Below are positions 36,382 through 48,700 of a stretch of DNA of 64,000 nt, piece after piece. Where the stretch lies: NCBI RefSeq assembly GCF_024521635.1, contig NW_026250422.1, forward strand, positions 620,001 through 684,000, read 5' to 3'. The notes under the pieces were generated by a model. It saw only the letters and a list, made by a program, of their open reading frames with translations, was not told the DNA's origin and ran no database searches. The position numbers and the translations under genes were made by a program. Source of the stretch: Tricharina praecox (taxonomy: Eukaryota). Position 1 is the first letter of the stretch. Each line of letters starts with the position of its first letter.

Positions 36382-38549
36382 TTAGCTATTGAGCGAAAGT
36401 TCCTTAACAGCATCCAGAGTATCGAGCACCAAATCCTCAGCTGCCTTACCCCCAGCAGCCGCCCCCGAGTTAGCCGCCTCTTCGGCTGCGTTCTCGTTCT
36501 CTGCACCGGGACTCATGGAAGCATTCGGGTCCTTCGGCTCACGGTCTTCTTTCTTGACGAATGGCCTCTCCGGTGGAGCTTCCTCGCAGAGAAACCGTTC
36601 GAGCCTCTGGCCTCCGTCGCCGCGGAATTTGATAAGGTCCATTGCACGTCGCAACTCATCTCGGATCCTTCTAACCCCTGTGATTAAGCGTGTCAATGGA
36701 TATATCTCGCTAGTGGATGAGATGGTGTCAATTACCTGGGCCATTGCATGTCCTTCCAACGTTGTGAACGGTCTCAAACGGATCCTCGAGGGCGAAGAGG
36801 TACCTATCGGATCAGTCAGCCACAAGGAACCGGACGATACGCGACACAGCAAAAACATACCTGTCTTTAACTTCCCAGGTTTCCGCGCCGTCAGACGTAT
36901 TCGCTGGCCTGCTCTTTGCCATACACCAATCTTTATCCTGCTTCGTGAGGAGGCCTCCCTGAGTACGAATGGAGATCACACTTTGACCCCAGGCAAATTT
37001 GTAGGAATAGTAGTCAAAAAAACCTCTAAGCAATTCTCCGGCAGAACTGGTATTCGGGCTCGGTCCGATGTTCGTGATATCCTTGGCGAACCAGATGTTG
37101 TACTCACTCCCGCCTTCCTTGTAGTGGATCTCGCTATCGGCCGTACCCTGGGGAATGGGTTGCAGCTGCAAGTTTGGCAGAACCGGTGGTTGGACGATGT
37201 TGATGAGATAATGGAGTATCATCAAGACATATCCATACGAAGACAGCGTGCCACGGTATGGAGAGTTGATGTGTCGATTTTTGGCCCACCACTAATCCAA
37301 TTAGAGATCTATAAATCGGAGATCTCGGGCGAAACATACCTTGACGAATAACACGATCTGTTTTACTCTCACGTCGCACTTGGAGTAGCACAGAAGCAGT
37401 TGCGTGTTGTGGATCGCCAGAAAGTTTTTGAATCCAATGTCACACTGTATCTCTCCGATGCCAGGAGCAGCCCTTTGCTTCATCTTGATGATGGGGACTC
37501 GAGTGCGAGTCAGTAGCTGTGCATCGAAGTCCTCTTCTTGCAGGCTCCGTTCCAGCAGGGCAGGGAGATCGTCGGATACCTCTGGCGTGGCGGGGTCGTT
37601 GAGAGGTCCAGCGACGAACACGCAGTCGATGTCCGAAGATGCGGTCGAGAAACCCGCTGTGCAACAGTCAGCATCTTCCAGAGGTGGTTGGCTTTGTTCG
37701 TTGGTACTCACTGACAAGGCTGCCGAATGGTATCAGCACAGCAGTTGGCACTAGCTTCCTGCAGATGCCCTGCAAGAGATGCAGGAGCTCATTCTTCGCG
37801 ACCGTCTCCTCATCCGGCGGCGAGATCTCCTCCAACAGTGATTTGGCAACCTTCTCGAGATTGGCCGCCTGCTCCACAAAGAACTGCTCGTAATGCGCAA
37901 CGGGAAGCCTCGGAGGCCGCCGATCAAACCTGCGAGGAGCGATAGGATTATTATTGCTTGCGAGAGGACCCGCTTTAGGTCTGTGGGGCTGCTGGCCATG
38001 GGGTTGATCAGCGCGCTGATACGATGGAACGCTGTGTGGGGATCGCTGTTTCCCCTCTGGATTCTCTTTACCTAGAGGTGGGAAATGATCAAGGCTGGGT
38101 GGCGGTGGTGCGAGCGGAGCGGGATTGCCCCAGCCACGGCGAGGCTGTTGGTATCGTGGCGATGACGACGGCGCATCTGGACCCTGAGTAGGCTGCTGCA
38201 TCGAGGGTCCTCCCTGTGAACGGCGTTGCTGGTGCCCAGGGCCGAATTGCGGAGGTCCCGTGGTGCGAGGGCGCGACCCCACTCCAGCGAGTCCAGGTGG
38301 TGGTCGGAGCGGGATCGGATGTGCCGAGTAGTTGTTGCTCTGCACGTACGTCGGGGGAGGTCCGTTCGGGCGCTGTGAATACTGCGGCGGTGGCGGCATC
38401 GACTGCCGTACCGACGGGAGAGCAGGGTATGCTGGAGGTCGATTGTGCTGCGGTTGGTGAGGCTGGTGACTTGTAATCATGTCGCGCAGTCGGTCCTCCA
38501 GCGAATGGGCGTCTGTTGGCGCTCGAGAGGAATCTTGAGTGCCTTGCAT
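36382..38549 (-). CDS. Non-canonical poly(A)/poly(U) polymerase, Cid1/CutA-type terminal uridylyltransferase; 4 introns
   Basis: FGSLVTGF..SDID, TRVPIIK, CDIGF..HNT, INSPYRGTLSSYGY, EDPFETVHNV; P/Q-rich N-terminus. Confidence 0.92.
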
Positions 38550-41500
38550 GACTTCTACTGCTGATGGATCAACCAGCGAGCAGAGACGAGTGCACAGAGC
38601 TGTGCCACTGTGCCGCTGTGTCGGATTGGGTCAATTGGTTGGTTATAAAGTGGAGGGTGTTAGTGATTCGTGTAAGATGTAAGTAAGTAAGTGCACTTGA
38701 TGGTGTGGAGATGTTGAATTATCGTACGGTATGCGATGCTGCTCTTTGGCGTGTATGTACTTTCACAAGTAATGACGTCCAACGTTCTGAGAGCTAACTA
38801 AGGGTCCAATGGCGGGGAGGATCCCGGGTAACCTTGAGAGAATCTGCGCTAGAAACTCTTGGTCCGTGATTCTCACCCTTCTGCGATGAGCCGCACCGCT
38901 ATATGTAGTAGCTCCACACTGCGCAGTGCACCGGCTCGCAATTCGAACACATCATGTACTTATAAAGCATCTATGCACCGTTTGCGTCCTTTCCTCGGAC
39001 CTGCCGCCTGTCTAGCATGTGATTATGCAAGTGCAATCCTACCAGCACAGCTTGTTCGGGCATTTGCACTTTGCCGCACGAAAGAAAGACTCCCGTTGAT
39101 CACGCGCGAAGAAGTGGCCATGCATAGAGCCTCAGAGCTGGAGCTGCGGATTTGCAATAACGGAGTTCTTTGCACTAGACCCATGGCCATCCCTTCTGAT
39201 TGGACGTCATTGCGAGCCTTGAGTCTCACCTGCTTCCTCCGGTCCGGCGAGATCACCATGCGGACCATGAACAGCTTCCGGGTTGCGTGCAATCTCGCGG
39301 TGAGCTGTAGATATACTTGTCCGGCATGGAGCAACGGTAGACCCCATATCTATCCAACGACGTTATGTACGTTGTCTCTCTCACTGCATATCCACTCTAC
39401 CCACCTCATATACCTACCTTTGCCAAGGTGAAACATAAGTTATATCAGCCACGTCGACATTGCAACCTATCGATCAGTTGTCACGATAAGAACGGCGACG
39501 CCGAGAAGGCCAGCCGGCGGGGGAGACATGGCAGGGCAGCGGGATTGTTACCGGGAAACCGTGCAGCATCTCGATGTGCTCGTTGGTTCGTTTATCCGCT
39601 TAGGTACCGTCATATATCCCCAAAATGTGCATGTCCATGTCCATTTAACTGATAACGGGTGATCAGTCTCCGGCCAGTTATCGGACGCTCTTTCATATAA
39701 AGTCAGTATATTCTGCCACGGGTGTCGGTGATCACCATCTACGGAAACACCATCCGGAGCCCGACCCGCTTCGATCACTGTCGACGGCCGTGCCGGGAGC
39801 TGAAAGTCACAGGATACGGTATACCCGCGGCCCGGTCGGAGAGCACGGCAGCTACAGCTACAGCTACCAATCGGGGATCAATGCCATGGTCCATACTTCA
39901 CGCACAAGGATCTATGGGTACCGAGAACCCTGTATACCGACAGCCCTATTTTCAAAACGCCGGTCGTCGGAGGTATCAACCGATAGAGTGCGGGTATAGT
40001 GAGGCCGGAGGAATGCCGGTATGGCCGACGAGACTTGGGTCGCGGGGGAAATGTGATAGGAGTCGAGGTCACGCATGTAGAGTTGACCGTCTGGGATCGA
40101 CTTGATGCTTGTGCCAGTCCGGAACTGTTCGCAAAACTCAACCATGTCTCAAGGGAGTGTTGAGTACCGAACTCGCACTATCACTCGGTTCCATGAGTGC
40201 GAAGGCTTAATCCTTTGGATGTGAATTCCGTTCATCTCTTTGGTTTACTCCTATACTCCTAAGTAAGCACTTTAAGGTTCTCAGATATGCCATGTGCGTA
40301 ATTAGAGGCCCGTGGTAATAGAGTTGCGAAGAATGTTATTCCATGCAATGTTGGAGCTTCATGAGAGGTAATGCGGCCCTAGGCGGCATTACCTTTCTCC
40401 AGGAGACGCTATTACGAAGACAGTTTAATTTCAGAAGTGTCGGACGCCTTAGAAGACTCGGAATTATCTTGAAGCTTAGCATTAGATATCCCCGCGGGAC
40501 GTGTCTGGTAGCCCTGGGCACTCCAATCGTCCGACAGCCATCCTAAGATGCTATTATAAATCCCAAATATGACTTACTAGTGAAAGGCTGAACAGCAGTG
40601 GCGAGTTACATACTCAGCTTAGAAGAAGCATTCACAGCCCCCGCCGCAGTATGTAGCAAGATTGGCCTCTAATCCGTTCATTGACCAATTATAAAGGCGT
40701 AGAGCGAGTGATATCTGATAAATGAGGTTCTAGCAGCGCTTCTAAGTGCCATTCACTTTAGATTCAAGATATATTCAAGAGTTGGGTTCTCCAGTTCTCT
40801 CTAAGTAGCTAACTGCCAGCCACCAGATAGAGAACGAGGGCTTCTTTCGCAGGCCAAGAATGGATCCTGTGTTAGTAGCTCTCACAGCCTTGTTATTCTG
40901 CTTTACATAGCACTGGAAGTCATCGACTACTAATGCCCGGAAATCCCGTCAATTAGCGAGAGAAGCGGCCTAGCTACGGTTCACCGTTCATGTGTGGAGC
41001 TTAGGCTTCATCGGTGCATCAAGTACCGGTACATATAGGTCTCTATGTAGTCTCTCCGAAGTAACTTGACCCTACATATCAGCTTCTACCCATCGAAAGG
41101 AACGGGTCGTGTTTGGGAGCGGTGCCCCAAGGTATGTACCACGAATGCGTATCCGAATATTTACAAAATGGAATGCGACGACCACAATGTGCAACATGAG
41201 AAGATAACCTCAAGACGGATACGTACGGATAGGCAATTTCCAAATCGTGATCGCCACATTCGCTATGATCGTCTCGTGCTTCGAGACGGCAAATGAGCCC
41301 AGGTACACGATAGAGATCACGGGTGGACCATGCATTCGAGCTCCGCGGATCTGCTTGTTCTTGAAGATCATTTCCCGGGTGCTTGAGCGGATTAGAATTA
41401 ACCCGTCAAGCGAGTACCCTTCAATTCACCGGGTGCTCGGTTTCAAATTCCGGCTTGTGCCCCGGTCTTGGTTTTATGAACAGAAGCTGTAAGTTGCCTA

Positions 41501-41893
41501 TCTACATACTCCGATGTAGGACTCGTACTTTCTTCGCCGCATCGATGCTCCATCCGGCCGGGGACCCGCATCTACCCTGTGTGCACTGTGTGTTGGGAGG
41601 ATTGCGTGAACGGGAGGGCTTTATGAAACGAAAGATACGACGATTGTTTGTCATGAAACATCACTCAACGAGCAAGGGTGTCCCGTTCACCCACGTGACC
41701 GCTTAATTGCAAGGCGACGAGCTACAGGAGAGGTATGATGTAAACCACGTCAACGCGCGGCCGTCCTGATCGCAACAAACCTCCACAGCTCTCAGTGCGC
41801 TCTACCATATCTAGTCTATGAGCCCGCCACGGTTCCCATCGCGAAAAGTAACATCAGTCACTGGAGCCCTCGCCCCCCGTTCGCTGCGCAACA

Positions 41894-43545
41894 ATGGGTC
41901 CTGAACCACCATCGATGATGGTACCGGCCGATCGCTGCGACGACGACTGCGTTGCGCACCGGCCTGGGCAGCAGTATGCATCCTCGACGGTCCAGCTGCT
42001 CTTTGCGTCGATACCATTTGTTGTCACGTTCTCGGTTATCTCGATCATCGTTCTCCACCGACTATTTCCCGCACTTTGCGGCGCTGGCGCCCGTCACAAC
42101 ACCAACCCCGAGAGCCGCCTGCGCAAACGGATCTCTGCAATCGCTTTCAGCACAACGTTGGGAGCTACGGGTGTTCTGGCTGAGCTGGTGCTCTGCGAGG
42201 TTAGTGGAATGAAGGAGTCTCAGACGTGTGCCCTCGTGGACGCTAGAGGAGCTACCAGCAGTGCGACTGACAGCGAGGTGTCTCTCCCTAGGTCAGTGAT
42301 TGGGTCAACAGCGATGCGCGACGATTGGCTTTTCGGACCGTGGTGGGCGTGTTATTGGTGTGTCTGATTGCGGTTATTCCGCTACTGGAGCTATACTCTC
42401 TGGTCGAGGGACGATGGGATCGGAAACGACGGACGGTGGTAGTGGTGGGTGGCTTCACGGCTTGGCTGTGGGTGTTCTGGACACTGGGCGACAAGCTGCC
42501 AATCCGCAGTGGAGAGATGGGATTGTGGGCTTCGAATTCAAGAACGTTGTGCCAGGAGTGCATTGCGAGGGTGGGCGTTGTGGGTGTTTCCCTCATGGCG
42601 CTGCTTTCGGGATTCGGTTGCGTGTCGACGCCGTGGCACAGCTTTGTCGCGAAACAACGGCCGGTGTCGGATACAGACGTCTCGCGCGCTCGGGGAGGCT
42701 TGGACGCTACAACGGAGCTGCTGAACAGCAAGAGGAACAAGCTGCGCTACTTGGAGAAGAAGATACAGGAGAAGGACTCCTCGCAAGACGGCTTGATGAC
42801 CAAAATGATGTCGACGCTGCGCGGGGGCGATACGGATACCCAGGAGCATGCGGTGCTACTGAAAGAAGTCTCCGGACTGGAATCGATGCGAGCGTCGCTC
42901 TCATCCGAGCTCACACAGCTGGAGCGCAATCTCACCTTCCAGCAGCGTTCGCAGACCGCGAGGGGCCGCATCCTCACCACCGTGTATTGGGCCTTCTCAG
43001 TCTACTGTATCTACCGGATCGCGGCAACGACATTCGCGCACCTGCCGTTTGTGCGACACCGTGACTCGTCGTTCTCGCGCAGCGATCCCATCAGCAACGT
43101 GCTCGCGCTCCTGGCCGAATACTGGGATCCGCATCTCGACCGCGTTGCATGGTCACGGCAGATCGGCTTCCTCCTCTCCGGTGTGATCATCTGCGGTTCC
43201 CTCGGTTCCGTCCTGACGACGATCAACATGGTGATGCGGATTGCTCCCACTTCCATCAGCGACAATAACCCAAATCTCGCCCTGTTCTTCTCGCAGATCA
43301 GCGCAGTGTACGTTTTGGCCTCGGCACTCCTCCTGCGCAGTAACTTGCCGCTGAGCATGAGCACCGTCATCTCAGAGTCCCTAGGTGCCCCACTAGATCC
43401 GGCGTTCGTGGACCGGTGGTTCGATGCGTTGTTCCTGGGTGCCGCCGCGTTGACCGCAACGGCGTTGATGGCGTTTAGGGCGCTGTGGGGAAGAGTCACG
43501 GGTGAGCCGGATCTGGAGAGTGGAACGGGCACGAAGCAATCTTAG
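41894..43545 (+). CDS. GPR89/Golgi pH regulator (GTG, ABA-GPCR family) membrane protein; intron 42200-42291
   Basis: LAELVLCE, RVGVVGVSLMALLSGFGCVSTPW, SDPI, LLLRSNLP, FVDRWFD; multiple transmembrane segments. Confidence 0.92.
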
Positions 43546-43991
43546 ATGAATGAGTGAATGGGTATGATACTGCTATAGGTGTACGAAGACACGGATTGGC
43601 GTTGGGTTTTGCTTTTTGTTTCGATTTTCTATTCCCTGGAGTTCCGATGATTGTGATAGTCATCCTTTATCTTTTTTGTCTCGTTATCATGTTTAGGTAC
43701 GCTCCGTAAGATACATATGGAATTAGAGCAGATCACCGTCCAAGACCTCGCGTGCTTCCTTATGACGATAAGCTGGCGGGGTAGAGTACCGTAGATCTTG
43801 ACGTTCGCCTCGCATAGCAGCGGCTTTACAACGTCCCTTGGGTCCATTCATCCGGTGGGGTGGAGGTGGTAAGCTCCGAACTCGAAGCTCCAATAACCAC
43901 ATGTGAGAATCCGCGACTCCACAACTCCACCACCCAGGATATCCCTCAATTGCACTGCACTGTACATACAACAGCCACGATCACAACCACA

Positions 43992-45018
43992 ATGTTGTTC
44001 CTCCGCCTAACCACCCTCTCCACGCGCCTCCCCCTCGCCGCCGGTGCCGGCAGGATCTCGCGGCCGCTGCAATCTGCCGCCCGCTGGAGCTCTACCGATG
44101 CCACGGCTAGCAGCAGCAGCAGCGACAGCAAATACGAGTACATCCTCACGTCGACGCCCCGGCCCGGCGTAGGCCAAAGTGCGCCCCCTCCCCCCTCTCG
44201 TCCCACCACCCCCACTCACCCACCACTCTCTAGTCACGCTCAACCGCCCCAAAGTCAACGCGCTCTCAACGCCCTTGATGCGTGAGCTCAACGCGGCCCT
44301 CCGCGCCTTCTCCAGCGACGGCACCATGGGCGCGGTGGTGCTAACCGGCAACTCCCGCTTCTTCGCGGCGGGCGCCGACATCAACGAGATGCGCTCACTC
44401 ACCTTTTCCGCGGCATACGGCGGGGACTTCATCGCGCTCTGGTCTGAGCTGACTAGTGTTTCGCTGCCGATCATAGCCGCGGTGAACGGGCACGCTTTGG
44501 GCGGCGGGTGTGAGCTCGCCATGATGGCCGATGTCATCTATTGTGGGCCTAAGGCGGTGTTTGGACAGCCCGAGATTAAGCTCGGTGTGATCCCCGGGGC
44601 GGGAGGGAGTCAGAGGCTGGCGAGGGCGGTCGGGAAGAGTAGGGCTATGGAGATTGTGCTCACGGGCAAGACGTTCACGGGCCAGGAGGCAGAGCAGTGG
44701 GGCCTCGCCAGTAGGTGCTTTGAGACCCCCGAGGCGGCGGTCGAGGGCGCGCGGGATACTGCCGAGGCTATTGCCGGCTATGGAAGGCTCGCGGTTAAGG
44801 CGGCCAAGGAGGTCGTTAATCAGGCGTATGAGGGCTCGCTCGCTGAGGGGGTTAAGTACGAGAGGAGGGTTTTCCACTCGCTGTTTGCGACTAAGGACCA
44901 GAAGATCGGTAGGTTTCCCCTCCCCCCTCTTCGTACGGGATGATAAGGCACTGATGGGGGTGCTCTAGGAATGAATGCGTTCGTGAACAAGGAGCAGCCT
45001 AAGTGGAGCAACGAATAG
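43992..45018 (+). CDS. Mitochondrial short-chain enoyl-CoA hydratase (crotonase); introns 44179-44233, 44909-44968
   Basis: Presequence; LNRPKVNAL, FAAGADI, GGGCELAM, FGQPEIKLGVIPGAGGSQRL, GMNAFVNK. Confidence 0.95.
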
Positions 45019-45100
45019 TTTGGCACCACCGCTTCTAGTTGTATTGTACTTGTATGGTTTGCATTGATCACTCGGGCATGTCCTGGGTGCCGTAGGTATA

Positions 45101-46170
45101 TCATGTAGATTTCTGCAGCGTAGCTTTACAATTCTCAAACCACGCCGAGTAGCCATCCTTCTCCTGTTGATTCCCGAGTACACACAACTCCGCCAGCTCC
45201 ACCGCCTTCTTGACCAGCTCGTCTCGTTTCCGGTCCTAACCACGGCCGCCGTCAGCAGTGCCCTCCCGTTGGAGAAGTAAGAAGAACCCACCACATCCTC
45301 GAGATCCTCATCCTCGTAGAACGCCATTCCCACATCATCCACCAGCCTCGAAATATTCTTCGCGGCCTCCGCGATCCCATCAACCCTGTTAACATCTTCC
45401 TTGAGCCTCGCGTCACCGAGCAACCTCCTCTTCCTCGCGGCGCCAAACAGAATAGTCACCAACTTCAATAGCCTCAGCGCCTCCTCAGCCCTCTTCCTCG
45501 TCGCCTCATCCAGCCTCCCCTTCCTCGTGGGCCGATCCCAAAACTCCTGTTCCATCTCGTCCTCATCGCCCTCGGACTCACTCCCGTCGAGATCCTCATC
45601 CTCAACCCACCCCTTCAACTCCTCGCGCGCATCATCCACACACTCCGCCCACGCCCCCACATCGCGCTCCACCACCCCCCCATTCCCCAGCTCCCGCAAC
45701 TTAAGCACCCGATCAGCAGCACTCCACACAACCCCCGTGTTCGGCAGCCGAGCGTCACCCCGCCCCCCGGCCACAGCAGCGATGTACTCGCCGATTGCGG
45801 CCAGCAGCGAGTCCGTCGCTGCCCGCGCCTCGAGCGTTAGCGCGCGACCGTGCGCAGCTGCTGAGAGCGAACATGCCGCCGCTGTCAGAGACGGGATTAT
45901 TGTGCTGCTGAGCTCGCTGGTGAATTTTTCTACGCCGCCACTGGTAATGGGTGGTCGTAAAGTGACGGAGAGGTTCGTGATGTGCGCGCGCGCCAGCGTC
46001 GCGGTCGAGTGCAGCGCGGCGAGGGCGTCGAAGCTGGCGGGCGGTGGGGCGGCGGAGGTGGAGGCGGCGGAGGTGGAGGCGGCGGAGGTGGAGGCGGCGG
46101 CGAGCGACGCCCGGCAGTGCGTGATCAGTGTGGTGAGGGTGCTCAGGGAGGCGGATAGTGGGGTGGCCAT
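45101..46170 (-). CDS. GCIP (Grap2/cyclin-D-interacting)-like helical protein; intron about 45236-45291
   Basis: NTGVVWSAAD, DAREELKGW plus acidic tract, terminal YSAWFENC after splicing GTGGGT..CTGAC..TAG. Confidence 0.7.
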
Positions 46171-47217
46171 TTTTGTGTTGTTGCTGTGTCGTGAAGTATG
46201 GAGGAAAAGTTTTGGCGAGGTTCGTGTGAAGATGGTCGGATGGTGGGGTGGATCTTGTGTAACGAGAGCTCTGGCTGGGTTTGGTACGGTCTGCTAGGTG
46301 TTAGTGCAACTGGGCGAGTCGAGGATGGTGATTAACTCTGGAAATCAAGATCCGAGGTACACTACACTAATGGATACCCAAGTAGATTTACGAGGCTGAG
46401 TACCGTTCCCAAGTTAAGTGACATCCTTATTCTGTATGTAATCACGATACAGCCAGCGCCAACGAGTGCCATCCGAAACAACCAATTACACGTATACGAG
46501 TATGAATACCGCTGCATACCCAGAACACAAATACGGTAGTAGAGTAGACTCCAACCGGATACGACGGATACCTACCGAGACCAGCCCGCCATACACACAA
46601 CCCCTCGACCGCAGTCTCCAAGATTGCCAAACCCGCTTCACACGGGCACCAAACCCGCTTCACACGTGGCCAACCAACAGGTTAATGTGAGGTTTGAGGA
46701 TGCCATAGCACTTCGGTGGGTCTAGTCAGCTCTCGGGTGAATGTTTGGCCATGTATTTAAATGCGTGGAAAATTGTACGAGGAGTCAAGAGTTGAGTTGA
46801 GCTGCGTGCAGTACCTAAATTTACAAGACAACATCAAGCTTATTGCAACCGGCCGCAAACTCGAGTAAGTATGCTACTCCCAATGGTAATGGTAATGGTA
46901 AATGTACACGCCATATGCATCAATCGATTCCAGTGCCAATTCCGACCCAGCCCTACCCAACCCAGCCCAACCCATCCACAGTCACCCCACCCACCAACCC
47001 AAAGCTCAAAGCCAAAGCCAAACTCCAGTCAAAAGCATGCATAAATCATAGACAGCGTGAGGAAAAGAAGAAAGGAAAGGAAAACAAGCCCATACACCCC
47101 CAACAAAACACTAGCCGGTGGTGAGAAGAGAGGGGTGGGGAGGTGGGGGACAAGAAACGTCCGCATCGAAGACAAAAGGAATGGAACCGAATCGGCCGGG
47201 CAACCGCTCTATAGTAG

Positions 47218-48700
47218 TTAAGTCGAGCCCTCTGGCCGTATCGACTGCGCCTGCGACGGCGGGGGTGGGGGCGGTGGTGGTGGTGGTGGCTGCTGCTGCT
47301 GCTGTGACCGCGCCTGCATCCGTCTCGAAAACGCCCTACTAAGCCGCGAGACGCCCAGCTCGGGCACGCGGCTCCTCCTAGTGCCGTTCTGGCGGTTCCG
47401 TTCCTCGCGCACCTGGCGCAGCGCAGCCATACGTTCGTCGCCGGTGGATCCGCGCGCTACGTGCAGGTACTGTGCTAGCCTCGAAGAGCTCCTGTGGGGG
47501 AGCGGAGGAACCGCCGCAGTCTCGGCGGCGGCGGCGGCGGCTGCGGCTGCGGCTGCAGCTTCGCTGGCGGCTTCTTCGCCTTCTGGGTGGAGGTCGATAC
47601 GGCTATGTTCCGGTCAGCAGGAGTTACGTGGGAGGGCATGGCACGGGGATCACATACCACAGCGGACATGATCCCGAGACGTTTAGCAGCCAGGGATCGA
47701 TGCAGTCGGGATGGTACGAGTGTCCGCACGGCAGCACCCGCACTTCGGTGCCCTGCTCAAAGTCCTCCATGCACACGGGACATTGGTTCTGCGAGGCTAG
47801 CGGTTTGTCCATGGGTGGTGCGGGCGTGCTCGCCGTGCTTGACGGCGGCGCGGGCGTCGTCGTGCCCGACCTAGTAGTAGTATCGGGAGTCTCCAGCACG
47901 TCGGGGGTGTCGGCTCGCTCGGACGGAACAGCCGCGGCGACAGCTCCCACGACAGCGGCAGCGTCTCCGATGTGTGGTGGCGGTGGGCTGGCCGACGTCG
48001 GGGTCGCCGGGGTCGAGGTCCCATCCTGCAACTCGAGATCGACCGGTTTCCCGACATCGGGCTCCGGCGTCACAGCACCAAAGCGAACGATCGGGATGGT
48101 ATCCAGCACTGCTCTCGCCAGCCCCGTGGCCCTCGACTGCCGTGGCCGTCCGAAGCGTGCGATCGCGCGCGGCCCATATCTCTCCGGGTGCCTGTGCGCC
48201 CGAACCGCACCCGTGACTATGATCATCAGGAACAGCGCGGTGATGATGCCCGTTATCGAGTACAGTATGATCAGTGCGACGCTGGTGCCCGGCGCCGGGC
48301 CCGGCAGGCCATCGTTCGTTCCGGCCAGCTGCTGTCGCTTCAACAAGTGTCGCCTCAACACCGATGTCAAATCCCTAGCAGTATCGCCACCACCACCGCC
48401 ATCGCCAGCTCCACCACCTCGGCCGTGAAGGTTCTCGCGCGCAATGACCCCTCCGCCGACGCCTCCTCCGCCACCGGGACTCGCCACCGCGCTTCGGACG
48501 TCGTAGTTGTGGTAGGGATTCGTCACAGGTTGAGCGTCCGCAGTGGCAGATAAGCACATCGCTACCAGGCCCACCAGCAACACTGTCACCGACGAAGACG
48601 ACGACAACGACGACGACATACGCGGCCAACCCTGTCGTTCATCCCCACCTGCCCTCCTCGACGAGGGCGACCGCGACGACGACGACGACGAATTCGACAT
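47218..48700 (-). CDS. Membrane-anchored RING-H2 (ATL-like) E3 ubiquitin ligase; one intron inside the last CxxC; start may be 48619
   Basis: VALIILYSITGIITALFLMIIVTGAVRAHRHPERYGPR helix, GL..VLDTIP motif, CPVC..CGHSYHPDCIDPWL..CPLC. Confidence 0.9.

Noticed and set aside
40363..40397. Hairpin GAGAGGTAATGC..GCATTACCTTTC as a Helitron end or miRNA-like precursor
   Set aside because: No CTRR terminus nearby, too short for a precursor, no transposase relic seen
44909..45110. Cryptic peroxisomal PTS1 by readthrough or intron retention in enoyl-CoA hydratase (also checked ADE17)
   Set aside because: Extensions do not end in SKL-like tripeptides and lack the TGA-CTA context
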